From NCBI GenBank assembly GCA_000934665.2, contig JYFJ02000340.1, positions 1 to 64,000 on the forward strand: 64,000 nucleotides of DNA, given 5' to 3'. This DNA comes from Catajapyx aquilonaris (lineage: Eukaryota). The notes under the pieces were generated by a model. It was given only the letters and a program-made list of their open reading frames with translations, had not been told where the DNA came from and made no database searches. This document shows positions 1-13,022 of this stretch, piece by piece (the stretch's first letter is position 1; each line of letters begins with the position of its first letter). The position numbers and the translations under genes were made by a program.

Positions 1-27
1 CCCCCCCCCCCCCTGGATCCGCCCCTG
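1..27. mobile_element. Probable end of a non-autonomous DNA transposon cut by the window edge
   Basis: The reverse complement reads CAGGGGCGGATCCAGG followed by a G-run, a common hAT-like MITE terminus. The partner end is not in the window. Confidence 0.4.
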
Positions 28-268
28 GCACAAATCCTTATTCAGAACTGCACATTTGGCTTTTAGAACTGCACAAATTGTGTAGAACTGCACGCTACAG
101 TTGTAGTACATTTACACTTTTTTTTCAAATATTTTTTGTTCTCAACTAATCGTAATTTTTTCGCTTTGGCAGCCCAAGGGGCCCTTGAACAGCGCGTTAT
201 GTCGAGGCTTTACTTATAACGACTATAGCCTATACTCATCAGTATACCGTAGAACTTTTAAAAATCAC

Positions 269-271
<3 letters not shown>

Positions 272-314
<43 letters not shown>

Positions 315-355
315 ATGATGATGATGATGATGATGATCATCATCATCATCATCAT
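272..355. repeat. Compound microsatellite (TA)n-(GAT)8-(CAT)6
   Basis: Read directly. The trinucleotide part flips strand at 337/338. Confidence 0.95.
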
Positions 356-803
356 TATTATCCGAAGGGACGGAGTTGGCGGCTTATTAGTCTCCATTTG
401 CTCTATATTTTTGTTTATACTGTTATTAACTTTTTGCATTGAATGTTTATGTATTTGTATGTCTGTGTCCATATCATCGATTTCATCATCACCAAATACA
501 TTATATTAATATTTTCTCTATTGCCAAGTGTGCATGACGGATCCACTACCGGCACTGAATGTGAATCGAGAGTAATTGTTCTTTTTCATACATTCTCTTT
601 AAACTGGTTGCTGGTGTAAACAATCCCTCTCTTAAAAGAGGCTGTACAATTCCGTCCGGCCTCGAATGTTCGCTGCTAATACAGTTAATCAATTCCGGAT
701 TTCTACTGTATTTACTTCTTGCATATTTCCAAACTACAGTAGGCCTACATGATGCCGAAGAAAAATCTGATTCAATTCCCAGTGTAGGAGTTAACTGACT
801 TAC

Positions 804-1012
804 CAATAACGGTGAGGTTGAGCTTTGCGTTGCGCGTGGGTGAGTTGCGGAAATCCACTCTGCAGCGGTACATTCCGCCGTCCAGAGTGTCCACTCTGTC
901 CACCACAAGACGAGCTGGCGTGGTCAGTGTCAGGAAATGAGCCCTGGCGCCAAATACGTTCTCTGCTGACCAATGTTTTGCTTGGGTGAACGGCTTTCCT
1001 CGAACGTCCAAG
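804..1012 (-). CDS. Internal coding exon (209 nt) of a Sidestep-family Ig-superfamily adhesion protein; C-terminal half of the first Ig V-type domain
   Basis: Translates (S)LDVRGKPFTQAKHWSAENVFGARAHFLTLTTPARLVVDRVDTLDGGMYRCRVDFRNSPTRNAKLNLTVI, with the Ig D-x-G-x-Y-x-C motif and the YRCRVDFxxSPTRN motif typical of arthropod Sidestep paralogues. Acceptor tttcag (AG at 1014-1013) and donor GTAAGT (GT at 803-802). The paralogue cannot be assigned. Confidence 0.93.
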
Positions 1013-3815
1013 CTGAAATGACAAAGACAAATAATTACTATCGTGATCTGTGGCTATCACTCACCATCTAGACCTTGATCTAGACGGCTTACACTTAGTT
1101 GTTAGAATTTGTCGTCCCTTTTCAATGGATAGCTAGTTGATGTTATTCGACCTATGTGCTTTAAGTAACAACCTTTTGTTTAAATATTACATCCAGTTCA
1201 AACTTCCTCTGCATGCTTTTAGAGCAGGGTTTCATGACTGCGTTTCACACCCCAGCAATGGCTCGTATCACTTATCTGACAGCTCTGTCACATAGGCGTG
1301 ACAAAATAATGTCTTCGTCCTGGTCAAAAATTACCCATCCCTAATAATTGCCCCTCTACTGTTGGCACTCATGATGTACGGCGTGGGTGCAATACACAAT
1401 ATGATACATGTGGCAGTTCCGAATGGGGAATGACTTTAATAATAACAATCGATATGTCATCACTTATACAAGGGTGTCCAATAACGCCAATAATGCCAAA
1501 CTGTAAATCACTAGAGCTCCGAAAAATCCACTTTCCTGTTCATGCTGATAAGAAGGGGGTTGGGGGAACGAGCAGCCTCATTTCTTATTGGTCTGTTTAA
1601 TCAGGCTCGCAGTTCATCAATTATGCCACCTCTAGACTATATACTAGGTTCATAATCCACCTGACCCAATATCAGCGGAGTGAGCCAAAATGAGCAGGCC
1701 CAGCCATTATTGCTATGCATGTGCACTGTACAGTACATGCACCGGATTAGCGGCTTTACGAAACCAACAATGAAATCTCGCCCAGTGTGCGTGTTTCATC
1801 TAGAAAAAAATGCGTGACGTTCTATTACACCCCACAAAAAGTATCAGCAAAACCTCTTTGGAATTTCGGACACGACATAATCACATAGCCCTACCCCTTC
1901 CTCCCACTCCCCTATTCTCTTCCTCTTTCTAGCGCGACCTGTTTTCGGCGATGAAAACTTGGCATTAGTGTCAGAAACAAGGCAGATAGGAGTTTCATCC
2001 GACTCAGACGTCGTTCTTGAGAGGAACCTGCCAACTTTGGCTGACGTAGGAAAATTAGAGTGGGACAGGCGCGTGCTTACGTGTGAGGGTGTGTATGGAC
2101 TGTGATCAAATGGCGTGTTTTTGGCTGCAAGTTTGAATTAAGAGTATGATCTATAAGTCCCTGTTTGCTAAGAAAGGAGAGAGAGAGAGAGAAAAGGAAA
2201 GTGTGCTGTTGAAAAAGAAATGATCCTTTGAGAAGTTCACGAGCCATTAGCCTGTCAATATCACCTAGTAAGGCAGCTCTCAGAATTCATTACTTCCGAA
2301 TAGAGTGGAGCACTTTGCGAATCCCCCAAAGAGAAGATGGGATTGATTCTACCGTTTGACAATGGCTCAAACAGCTCTTTGCTCATCAAAATGCGGCTGG
2401 AAGCGTATTTTCCACGTACTGGACAACATGGGCATGTCACACTAGTCAACAAGGGACGTCCAACTATTGGACGTTACTGTACTGATGTATTCCGATTGGA
2501 TGAAAGCCGCCTACCTCTCTCTGCTCGGATTTTGAAGGTTACGTTCCGCAATGATTGCATGTGATGTCACTTCACACCCAAACTCGACAAACCAAAATTT
2601 CATTCCCTCGACTCGCGGAATTCTGCAACCAGTAAATCGACCCACTGAGCTCATTATTGCTCACAAGTGTAAACACACATTGTCAGGCGTAATTAACAGT
2701 AAATCGACGGCGTTCATGCGTTGATTTCATTATTGCCGCTGTGGGACCACCAATCTCCTACCCGTTTTTATGTGCTTGCTCCCCATTCCAACATTACCGT
2801 GGAGCCTAACAATGACCCTGACGATTCTGCCTGACTTACTCTACTGCGCGACAGGTACACATTCAAAGCTTCTTATCACAGACCATAAGCGGATTCCCTC
2901 CTCTAGGGAGCTGACCAACATTTTAAAAAACTCCTATACGTCGCAACAACTGTTACATTGACCGAAAACCCCTACTCATATTCGCAGGTAGGCCCGTGAG
3001 TGAAGGGTAGGCTGGTGCATGGAGCGGAACTTGTTGGAAATTTGAGTACCTAGTATCAAATTTGGAAGTTTCACAAGGGCCACGTCTGTCGGAGCACAGA
3101 AAGGCACAGTGGTCGAGGTCGGGGTCGGGTCGGGTAGGCCTCACTCTGTGGATGGGGGGAAAAAGATGGAGGGAGTGAGAGGAGTGCCGGGAGACGCTCC
3201 AGGCATGCAGAAATGGCGGCTTCGCAGCCTCGCCATGAAATTAATTGCCAGGGATACAGTTGGGATTTCACAGCCCGACCTACGGGGCTCGGTTGTCATG
3301 CTCCGAAAGGCAAGCTGAGGCTACCTACAGGATTTCCGCCTAAACTCTACTCACTGGCAGCCCCTGGGGCGGCCCCGAGGCAAGGCCCCCTTAGGACTCG
3401 CTTTCCCGCTCAACGCTCTTCAGCACTTTGGTGCACCTCTATTGGCTCCAGGCCGACACGAGCATTAAATTTGCTGCTCTATATTCCCAAAAAATAATTA
3501 GGAAAGTAAGAGGGTAATTAGGATGGCATGAACAGTCAGCTTTGATCCAAGTTTGCCAGGGTTTTTCAGACCCTGGAAGTGGGGTTTAGGTCAGGTCAGA
3601 ATAGGTTAGGAGAGTGATAATCCGGTTATATAAGTTAAATGTTTGGAGAGATCAAAAAACGCCACATGTACTCGACGACGTAGCTTTTTAAAAATAATTT
3701 CATTTTCAGGCGATTTAAAGGCATGTAAAATATTATTTTGGTATGTAGACTACACAAATTATTGAAATGCAAATATCAAGTAATCAGCATTTTGACTATT
3801 TTACGGTAGACATTC

Positions 3816-3822
<7 letters not shown>

Positions 3823-3903
<81 letters not shown>

Positions 3904-4484
3904 GTGAGGGTAGTGCTTCACCTTAACGGTATCTTGCACATACCTTTACTGTTAATTATAGTCGTACATTGTGTAGTACATATCACCGAAGCAGGTTGGC
4001 CTAGAGGATAGGGTGTCCGACTGCTAATCTGGAGGTACTGGGTTCGAATCCCGGGGCCGGCAACCCTGACAGTGGTTTTCTGTGGTTTTCCACGGTCTTT
4101 CTAGGATAATTCCGGGGTCGCTTCCGTATAATAGGCCACAGCCGCTTCCTTCCTTTCCTATCCTTGGAGGTTGAAAGGCAATGCTGGGCCAACCTCCTTA
4201 ATATCAATTATAAAGTGTAGTACATATCGGAACCATCCAGAAACGCTCGGGCCCACTGACAGGATGACAGGAGGGGATGTGCAAGGTGCAGTTCATCTGA
4301 TGCAGTGGTCATTTTGTGAACTCCCTCGGGTGGTTAGTCTTAACGGAAATACCACCCGAGACGAAGCCAGAGATGACCCGGAACTCAGCACGAGATGATG
4401 GGGGTGTCCCCGGGCTGGGATCGAACCAGGGACCTTAACATCCGTGGGCGAGTGCGTTACCGCAGCGCTACTCCGCTTCCCTTT
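3823..4484 (-). mobile_element. tRNA-derived SINE, family B (host of a nested SINE), with an (AAT)n/(ATT)n tail
   Basis: Minus-strand head with A-box-like TAGCGCTGCGG and B-box GGTTCGATCCC. The body matches 39781-40029. 11-bp TSD ATTCAACTATA at 3812-3822 and 4485-4495. Confidence 0.85.
3985..4214 (+). mobile_element. tRNA-derived SINE, family A, inserted inside SINE B
   Basis: A-box TGGCCTAGAGG, anticodon-like loop CTGCTAA, B-box GGTTCGAATCC, body GGTTTTCTGTGGTTTTCC...CCGCTTCCTTCC. 14-bp TSD GTGTAGTACATATC at 3971-3984 and 4215-4228. Confidence 0.88.
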
Positions 4485-5421
4485 ATTCAACTATATAATT
4501 TACATTCATTAAATTTCTAAAACATATTGAACCGGATGCATCATGGACTCTTCGTAATACAGGTTGACCATAATGGCATCCGCTAAATGTGAACGTGCGT
4601 CATCATTTGCAGCAAATTGGAATATCCGCTCCAGAAATTTTGAAACAATATTGCAAGTGACAATAAACGCTCTCACAGAGGGGAACCTAAAAATTTCATT
4701 TTCAAATACCATTAGCCGCACCACACGTGATGAAATAATTTATAGAATTGCTGCCGGAGGCCATCTTTCACGCGTATCAAAATTATGTTTTTGCATACGA
4801 TAATAACCTACTAATTGCACTGGATTTAACAGGCAGCGTTGGAGAGGTAAGTTGATCCGCAATAATATCTGGTTGTGGTACAATACTGGCACTGTAGCTC
4901 TAAATGCATTGTAGGGTTATAATAGCCTTAGATCGTGCATTGCAAGCATGCAGCGGAAATATTCGGAGAGCAAGAGAGTTGTCGTCAGGGACCTTCCAGC
5001 AGTGCCTGGCGTCTTTGTGTCAAAATGAAATCGGTCCCGGCCCAACGGCCCGGAAGTGAACAACATTCCCCCAGCAGCCGGGGCCCGGATTGAGCGATTC
5101 CAAATCTCGCCTTTGCGTCCAGATTACTCAGACTGCAATTTTGGCTTCCGGACGCCCAGGATATTACCACAGCCTGAGGATTCCTCTTCCCACCGCATTC
5201 TTTTCCTAGCTCCTCTTCCGCGCAAATTAAAGCCTCCGGAGAAATGTTTCCCCAGCCGCCTTTATCTTGGGACTCAAATCCACCTACTCTACCTGACTTT
5301 ACTTCATCATTTTCTCTGACTCCTGCTCTGATATAGATGACGGACTTCGCACATATTCTTACTGTACTCTACATATTGGTCAATTCCTATATATAGACCA
5401 TTGTACGATGTGGGTTTTTAT

Positions 5422-5788
5422 CAGCCCCCGGACACTCATACTACCTTCTGATTTTATCACCTGCCGACGCGTTTTGCAGAAGGTGCTCACTTGAGAGCGC
5501 CATGAAACATTTCACTCTCCGGATAACTGGCGACCCTACCGGACTAGGCTGAACTTTATAGGTACAAAACTAACAAAATGGCCGCCGGCGACCATGTTGG
5601 GTCCACCAATGTAGCGCTTCCCTTTTGTTAGTTTTGTACCGGTACCTATAAAGTTCAGCCTAGTCCGATAGGGTCGCCAGTTATCCGGAGAGTGAAATGT
5701 CTAATGGCGCTCTCAAGTGAGCACCTTCTGCAAAACGCGTCGGCAGGGGGTAGGTGGGAGTGTCTAGACCTTATCTTCTATGACCGTG
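5422..5788 (+). mobile_element. Palindromic non-autonomous DNA element with 8-bp TSD, copy 1
   Basis: Starts CAGCCCCCGGACACT and ends TTCTATGACCGTG. TSD GTTTTTAT at 5414-5421 and 5789-5796. Internal inverted arms exceed 100 nt. Confidence 0.9.
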
Positions 5789-7702
5789 GTTTTTATTATT
5801 TTATGCCCCAACCCCCCATCCTACCACCATGTCCCCTATATGTTTACACTGGAGAAATGTACAGATGCCAGGTGGAAATTTTTCCAACGTGGATATGCGT
5901 ATTTCGGGTTCCATTTGTGTCCAGCACAACTTCAAAATCCTCGAAATCCCGTGCACTCTTTTCTTGTGACGACTATATAGCGAACCAGGTAATCCTCCAT
6001 ATATTTTTGGCAAAAGAGTGCCTCACTGACGTCAAATATTAATTATGCATCAGGACTGATCCTGCGCGCAGTACATACATGCAGCCAGTTTTTTTTCCAT
6101 TACCATGCAGTGTGAATTAACATGTCGGACAAGGGTCTACGAGTAGGTAGCCCCCCACATAGTAACAGTCATATCCTAGAATCTGTACTGGCCTAGGCCT
6201 ACAGATATAGTGTATAAAAGTATATAGGGTGGCAGGCGCGGCTTCTTTATGCTCCACTCGTCCCTACTTTTATACCGCGATTGAAATGCAGCCAGGACGC
6301 CTGTCTTCTTCTTTCTCGGCTCGGGCGGGTAGTAAATTAGGCCATAACGTCCCCCATATTCGTGGGGTTGGGGGCACACAAAGAGGAGGGAAAGGATTGT
6401 GATGAAAAATTACGCTCGGGTTATGGTCGATCATGCACTAAGAAATGCATAAGGAATGAAGCAGCCGCCTCGTGAGTTTGAAGCCAGCGGAATGAATGGC
6501 TTTTCATGTCCTATTTCTCTTTAGATTGCTCCAAACAGGCCCAAAATTCTACTCCTCTAGGGACCAACAGTAGTGCGATCCCATTTATTGCCACACTGAT
6601 TGCGCATTTTCATTTCCTCACTTATAGGGTTGTACCTCACTATGTGCAGTCACGCGATGTTCTGTCTGCCTAGCACCTCCAAGGCTTACGCGTAATAATG
6701 CGTCCTTGCAGAAGAGCCCAACCGATTATAACAACAACATTCAACCAAGTACGGGTGGTACAATGGAAGGAGTTCTCGCAATGTGGGCTTCGTCGAGTTA
6801 ATGGGCTGAGGCACAAGTTCAGTTCAGTTGTGGCTCAACTGCAATATTATTCGTGTCAATAATAAAGCAGTAGATCAAAATTCTTCCCTGCATGACACTT
6901 TGCGATAATATCTTCAGATTATTGTGATACCTGCATTACTAAAGTGTACTTAGTGCACCAGTTTGCATGCACAAAGCTAGGTGTAGTTAATGTTGATTAC
7001 ACGTGTGCAGTATCAGCCTTTTGATTAATTCCTCCCTACAACGCATATATCACATTCTTTGCTTGAATGTTACAATAGGGAAGGGGGAGCGAAAATGTCT
7101 GAGCCTGAGATAAAAGTTATGAATTATTCGAGACAATTCATAGATAAGTACCGTAAATCTTTACGCCTTTCATGCTTTCTGAAATCGTCCGATTAAAAAA
7201 ATCAGATATGTCATAGTATACATAACTGCACGTATATGAAAGAAGAGTGACCGTCAGGGAAAGCAGGGTCTGCTACAGGGTCCGGCATAATTTATGCAAC
7301 TGTTGTTGTTTGTAGTAGGGCGTCCTATGTGGTATGGCCATCTGGTGGTGGAGCCTTGTTACTCCAGAGATAAAATTGGGACAGGCACCGGGAAAATGGG
7401 CTGGGAGGGGACATTTGGGACTCCACAAGTTACACCGAGGGGACAGCATGGATGGGCGGGGTCGGTGGACTATTTCAAAAAAACAGAAAAAAAGGGGGCG
7501 AGCTATGATAGGTTCGATCAAGGCGCGAAAGTCAAAGTGGTGGAGGAAAGTTTGAGCACTAATTTTCCACCACCACCTCCCATCTCCCATTCCTGTGGCA
7601 GACCTTGCTTCTGAGTCCATCACTTATTACTGCCCCAGGGGCAATTTAGAAACTGGGCCTCAATGGGGCGTATTTGATTGCATTTTGGGGAGGTATTTAA
7701 GG

Positions 7703-7704
<2 letters not shown>

Positions 7705-7752
<48 letters not shown>
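7705..7752. repeat. (CT)n microsatellite
   Basis: Read directly. Confidence 0.95.
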
Positions 7753-7754
<2 letters not shown>

Positions 7755-8933
7755 AATGATGATTTGTTGCAACTCCTCTCTCTCTCCAGGACCATTTTAC
7801 TTCCACTGGCATTACCTCTCAATAGTTGCGACATTTTATTTTACTATTATAGAGAGTTACTTCAGACTATACACTACATAGCATAATAATTATTCAATTA
7901 AAAAACTTTTCTATATCAGAACATGCACTTTAAATAAATTATTAACTCTACAGTAAATCCTGCCCTGATTTAACTCCATACATTTATACGTATTCTTGGT
8001 AGAAATCTAACCACTCGCACTAGAACAAAAAGCCTCTCGTGCATGCGGCAATTCCGAAGACTTGTTCGTTTGCAGGGGGTTTAGAATGTCTCGGAAATAT
8101 TGCACAAGCCTGAGAGTGTTCGCAACTAAACTCTTTTAGGGGAACATGGTTTCTCTCCGCCTGCAAGTTTTGCCCTAGGCGGAAATGTATAGGAAAGCCT
8201 GGGAATGATTGCAATAGTTCCGGATATGTTATGTGATATTCAACGAGATGATTAATTTGATACGTACTCTATGTGGATACTGTATTGTCCCAGGGAGAGA
8301 ATGTAATTTAATATTGCGTAATTATCTCCCGCACAGGTGCAATTTGCGTACACAGGTGGTTGAAATGTTGACAGAGTTAAGCATTATGCTCTTGACCGCT
8401 TCTATTCGCTGGTTTGTGATTTTGTTGCACAATAATTATTTTTATCGTGTGTCACACCCAGTAGCTGCTAGTAGCGATGGGATAAAAATTGTAGTGAAAA
8501 AAGCTGCTACTTTTACATTGCACTGAGCAACCTTGCGATATTAACACTAAATGCTTTGTAAATAATTTTACTGTTTAAAAAGGCAACACTTAAAAATCTA
8601 TTTTTTGTAACGTTGCAGAATTGTACTGTTATAAATATATTTAATTGTTTTTGGTAATGTCTTAATGCGTATAATTTTCTCGCCCTTTGTGATGCACTAA
8701 GTAAGTGCAAACCAGCAGAGTACAACACAAGGTAATTTATGATTGGCTAAAATTCGTAGCCCGAGTGTGTGACCCTGCCAATAAAGGCCGGCAACCAAGA
8801 AGGTCGAACAGGGGTGGGGAAAAAAAGCAAACACTTGTGGCGAGTTTGTAGTGTAAAGCGCTCTCAATTGAGCCAACACATGCTGCTGGTTCCGCGTAGG
8901 AAACAAGCGGCGGGTCGCACACGGTGGCAAGGG

Positions 8934-8973
8934 ATTAATTAATTAATTAATTAAGTAATTAATTAATTAATTA
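8934..8973. repeat. (TAAT)n microsatellite
   Basis: Read directly; one interruption. Confidence 0.9.
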
Positions 8974-11900
8974 GTAGAACAATTATTTACACGTTCCCGG
9001 AGTATGAGCGTAATCAGGGTTTTCCTGTTTATCTTGAAGGTTTGATTAATATGCATGCCGCCCTGGCGGTTAATTACAATTTGGCTCCCTAAAAGTGGTT
9101 TCTTTATAACCGTTTGGCCTATGCGTGCACAAGGGGTTCATTCGCAGTCTAGGGAGCAGGTAACACCACATTAAAATTGACGCTTCTCCATGGGAACACT
9201 AGCTAAACACCTGCACCTCTCCCTGCCAGTAGACTTATTATTCATCAGATTTCTTTACACCACAGGGGACATTAGTAAGCGCAATCGGTCGACCGCCAAG
9301 GGGTTCGGTTTTGTTCATTATTTTATTAATCTTTTGCATCTTTCACGTCTATGGCTTAACCGATATTCATATCATCTCCGTCAACAAACACCACACTACG
9401 TCTTAATTGATGTACATTTTTTTGTACCATCAATTTAGATGTAACATGGCCAGCCCTGAATCTTTTTTAGGCTGTTATACATGAATTTCTTCTCAACACT
9501 GGATCAGCGCAATTGTGTTAATAAGGCAATAATCTAGTACACTGCGCTAATGCAAGAGATAACTGACAACTTGTCGACAATCCCCGTCCAGTCTTTCCTG
9601 CAATGTCAATCACGTGGGATGCACGTTATGATACTGCCCGATCTGTGGAGTGATAATTATTATTCACGGTTGAATGTGTCTTCTCATGACGGGGAGCAAC
9701 CTATCAACACATCGCTCGACACTATATAGAGGCTGGGCATTTCTGTATTCTTGTTACAGTAGGGGTAAGCTAACTTATGGGTTTTGGGAGGTGGCTTGTG
9801 TCCTTGGTAACCGTAATTAGCCCGCCACTGACCGGTCGACTAATCAGGATTCGATTTCAAAGGAGATGGGCGTTATGTTCTAAAACCTCAAGAATGAGAT
9901 GAGTTTGTTTACACTAACGCAATTGATAACCCAGAAGGGGGAAAATATTTCCCCATCAATCGTTCTAAATTCCATACAAAAAAAAAACTCAGAAGGGGGC
10001 GGTGCCAATTATGTTAATCTCAATTAGCGCTTATGGTCCAGTTTCAATTAACCTGAGCACAAAATATCCCATGCTATTGGATAATACTGTAACATATTTA
10101 AGCTGCCCTTAGAGGCGCCACAGAGGCTATGCGATATTAATTTTTACACTTAAATTAGATTCCAATCATGCACTCTTTTGCATTTCATTAGCGACTAAAA
10201 GACCAAAATACCTCATTACAATGAACTATAATGCAATGCTAGTAATACAGAAGACAGATTCAGAACTCATTTCATACTAAACTGCCATAGAAACCTGAGT
10301 ATCAGTCCTTTGTGTGATTAATATAGCTCCCCAATGAGAGAGTTGAAGCTTTTTTACAGTGCAATTCTGCCAGTTAACCGCGTAACTGCAAGAGGAGATA
10401 GTGGCAAACAGTATAACTTTATAATCAGCTAAGTATAGGCTTATGTGCTGGATATTCAGCTTAAAAAGCTCTAGTGTATTATTCGGTTAAAACTCAAATA
10501 TTTCTGCAGAATTAAACAGGTTGTTAAAAAAGAGATATACTTTTATGGTCACCTCGTGCGAGCCAGAGGATCACTTTATGTAGAAGGGTCTATTGGTGTT
10601 CACATCCTAGTTACCGAGATAATGGGCAATTTACCACGTAGTATAGCATAACCTGGAAAGTTTGCATCCAAACATACACCGGGGGCGTCCAAAACTACAT
10701 GTCATTTGAGGCCGGCTTGTGCAAGTTTGGGATCCGCACTGTAAATGAAAACTGCATAGTATAGCATTTGCACATCAAGTGTATAATTCGGATTAATTGC
10801 TATCACTGTAATTGTCTATTACAACAACTGTTCGAAATTACCCCATCGGGCATGTATGCAATCTCTACAACTACGTACTGTACCATGGACTGCCGTACCT
10901 GCTAAATAATCCCATCAGTGCAGTGCAGTGGCACGAATATCTTCGCATGCCACCAGAACTCGTGCGTTAAGATCTGCTGTGGTCACATGGGTCTCATACA
11001 CTAAACTTTTTACATGTCGTCCCCACACACAAAACTCGAGTGGAGTCAGGTCAGGCGAATGAGAGGTCGGACGCCCCCCCCCCTCCCCGTCCACCTGTCA
11101 CCAAAGTTACTCTGAAGGTATAGTCTCGGGCAAATTAACCTAAATGTGCTGGCGTCCTGTCGTGCTGAAACCACATCTCCCTGCGCATCTCCACGGTAGT
11201 TCCGGTAATGTGTGCTCCAGACACACCCTGTACTGTACACTTGAGACTTCAAGGAGAATGGTTGCTGTTACTGCCAACCTGAACGTCGTCCTCTATGCCC
11301 GCACATATATTTGACGCAAGGCGCTCTAATTTAATATGGTACCGTACTTATAGACTCTGACTTTCATAAAGCAGATTTATTTAAATTCATTGGATACATC
11401 CAGATCTCAATTATTACTAGACTCAGCCTTTACTTATTGCTTTTTTCCTATACAGTATATTGTGTAGAGGTCAATTCTGTGATAAAACCATAGATAAATA
11501 TTCTTTGTAGACTCCTCAAGGAGCTCTACGTTACAAGAATGGTTGCTGGTATACTCATTTTGATTGCCCGAATATGGATATTTTCATTCGCTTTGCGCGT
11601 GTGGGTTTTCATGTGACATTAATCGCATTGTCAATCTCTACTCAACTGTCACGTGCACCATTATTCCGAACTAATTTCTCTTCATAAGATAACATAATTC
11701 GTTGGACTTTCATGTACGCGTAAGTTAATGGTCTATGTAATGGAAATGCGGTGTGAGCACTATTTCTATTGGTTGCAGAAGAACGGCAACAATATGAATT
11801 AAATGTGCAGTCCACTATTGAGACAAGTTAGCCTCCAAACATCATCCCAAACATAATATTTCCGACGGTGCAGTCCGTTTCTCTCTCATCCGAACGGTAA

Positions 11901-12007
11901 CTCCAGGGCGAAATCTGGCAGTGTGTCGTTTGAAAACCGCGCCCGGCACAGACGGCGACGCCACCAGATGAGGGCAGAACTACTGTACGTGTGCTGCACA
12001 AATCAGC

Positions 12008-12326
12008 ACGAATTGTGAGTGCTTCGCGTAGGCCACTATTTCCCCCCGTCCGAGCTAAGTGGGCTTCTCCGCACCGCTGCGCTGGGGCTTCTGACTATCT
12101 CGCACAAATTCGGCCGATGGCGGAGTGGGCGGATGGGCAGCCATCTTGCCTCCTCCAACCGCTGGCTACCCGTCCGCGCAAGTCCAACCAGATGGACTCG
12201 AGCGGTTACCACCGCTCAGAGTTTCCGCCCGCAGCGCCACCGCCGAATTTGTGAATTGCCACCTCTCACATTCCGCGCCCAAATCGCCCGCTTTCCGCCC
12301 GCTCAGCCATCCGCCGAATTTGTGAA
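12008..12326 (+). repeat. GC-rich interspersed repeat with internal inverted segments, copy 1
   Basis: 12008-12207 matches 13602-13812. CACAAATTCGGC near 12103 is inverted at about 12242-12253 and 12313-12324. Confidence 0.75.
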
Positions 12327-12594
12327 ACGGCCTAGCCTCCGTATCAGGTCGCGCACTCTCTTTTTCCATGACATTCGGTCTCGGAACAGAATCACTGGGC
12401 TACGCCATCTTGGAAGAACCTCGACGCGTTTGAGAATAGCAGCTAATATGTGTTAGGGCCCAGGACCCAGAAGATTGCTAATGACTCTGTTTCAATGACT
12501 AATTCCAATTTGAAGCACTATTGGTGTGTGCCAGGCTAAAACATTAGTCACTTTGTTGTTAAACAATTAGATGTATAGTAGCTCGTAGTATATA

Positions 12595-13022
12595 CAGGGT
12601 GTATCAGAACTCTACCGTAAGCTATGTACCAATGGCTTAATGGGCACCAGGGGATCAATTAATGTAGAGGAGTCATTATGTCTGGGCAGCCTAATTACTG
12701 AGATAATTGATCATTTGCGATTTAGCAATTGGGCCTAAGAGTGATTGTCACAGATTGTCACAAATTGTCACAGATCACATGCGACATGCAGTACACATGC
12801 GACATGCTAGTAGCTAAATGGAAAAGCTGCTATTTTCACGAGTGATGCGATGTCGGGGCTGAAGGTTTCCATACCTCCCAGGATACTTTGTACTACGTGT
12901 TTGAAGGCAATTATCTCCGTAATGAGGCTGCCTAGACATGATGACCCCTCTACATATAATGATGCTCTGGTGCCCCTTATGCCATTGGCACATAGCTTAC
13001 GGTAGAGTTCTGATACACCCTG
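12595..13022. mobile_element. Tc1/mariner-type MITE with long TIRs (about 115 nt)
   Basis: TA|CAGGGTGTATCAGAACTCTACCGTAAGCTATGT ... ACATAGCTTACGGTAGAGTTCTGATACACCCTG|TA. Short internal tandem repeats (GATTGTCACA, CACATGCGACATGC). Confidence 0.9.

Noticed and set aside
44..93. AGAACTGCAC three times at about 20-nt period (CRISPR-like at a glance)
   Set aside because: Repeat and spacers are far too short, the context is eukaryotic and there are no cas genes. More likely subterminal motifs of a decayed transposon.
185..509. ORFs with poly-YI, poly-D/H and poly-M/I runs
   Set aside because: They are translations of the compound microsatellite.
3991..4062. tRNA-like heads here and near 4410-4481, 39505-39575, 49925-49995 and 54816-54890 as functional tRNA genes
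   Set aside because: Acceptor stems are poor and each continues into a SINE body, mostly with a tail and TSD.
4509..4724. Peptide FLERIFQFAANDDARSHL resembling a hAT dimerisation motif
   Set aside because: The similarity is too short and weak, with no supporting ends or other domains.
5692..6042. Similar peptides in ORFs at 5692, 15385, 15645, 56547 and 56562 (KCLMALS, YKVQxSPVGSPLI)
   Set aside because: They arise from the palindromic repeat on both strands and show no protein motif.
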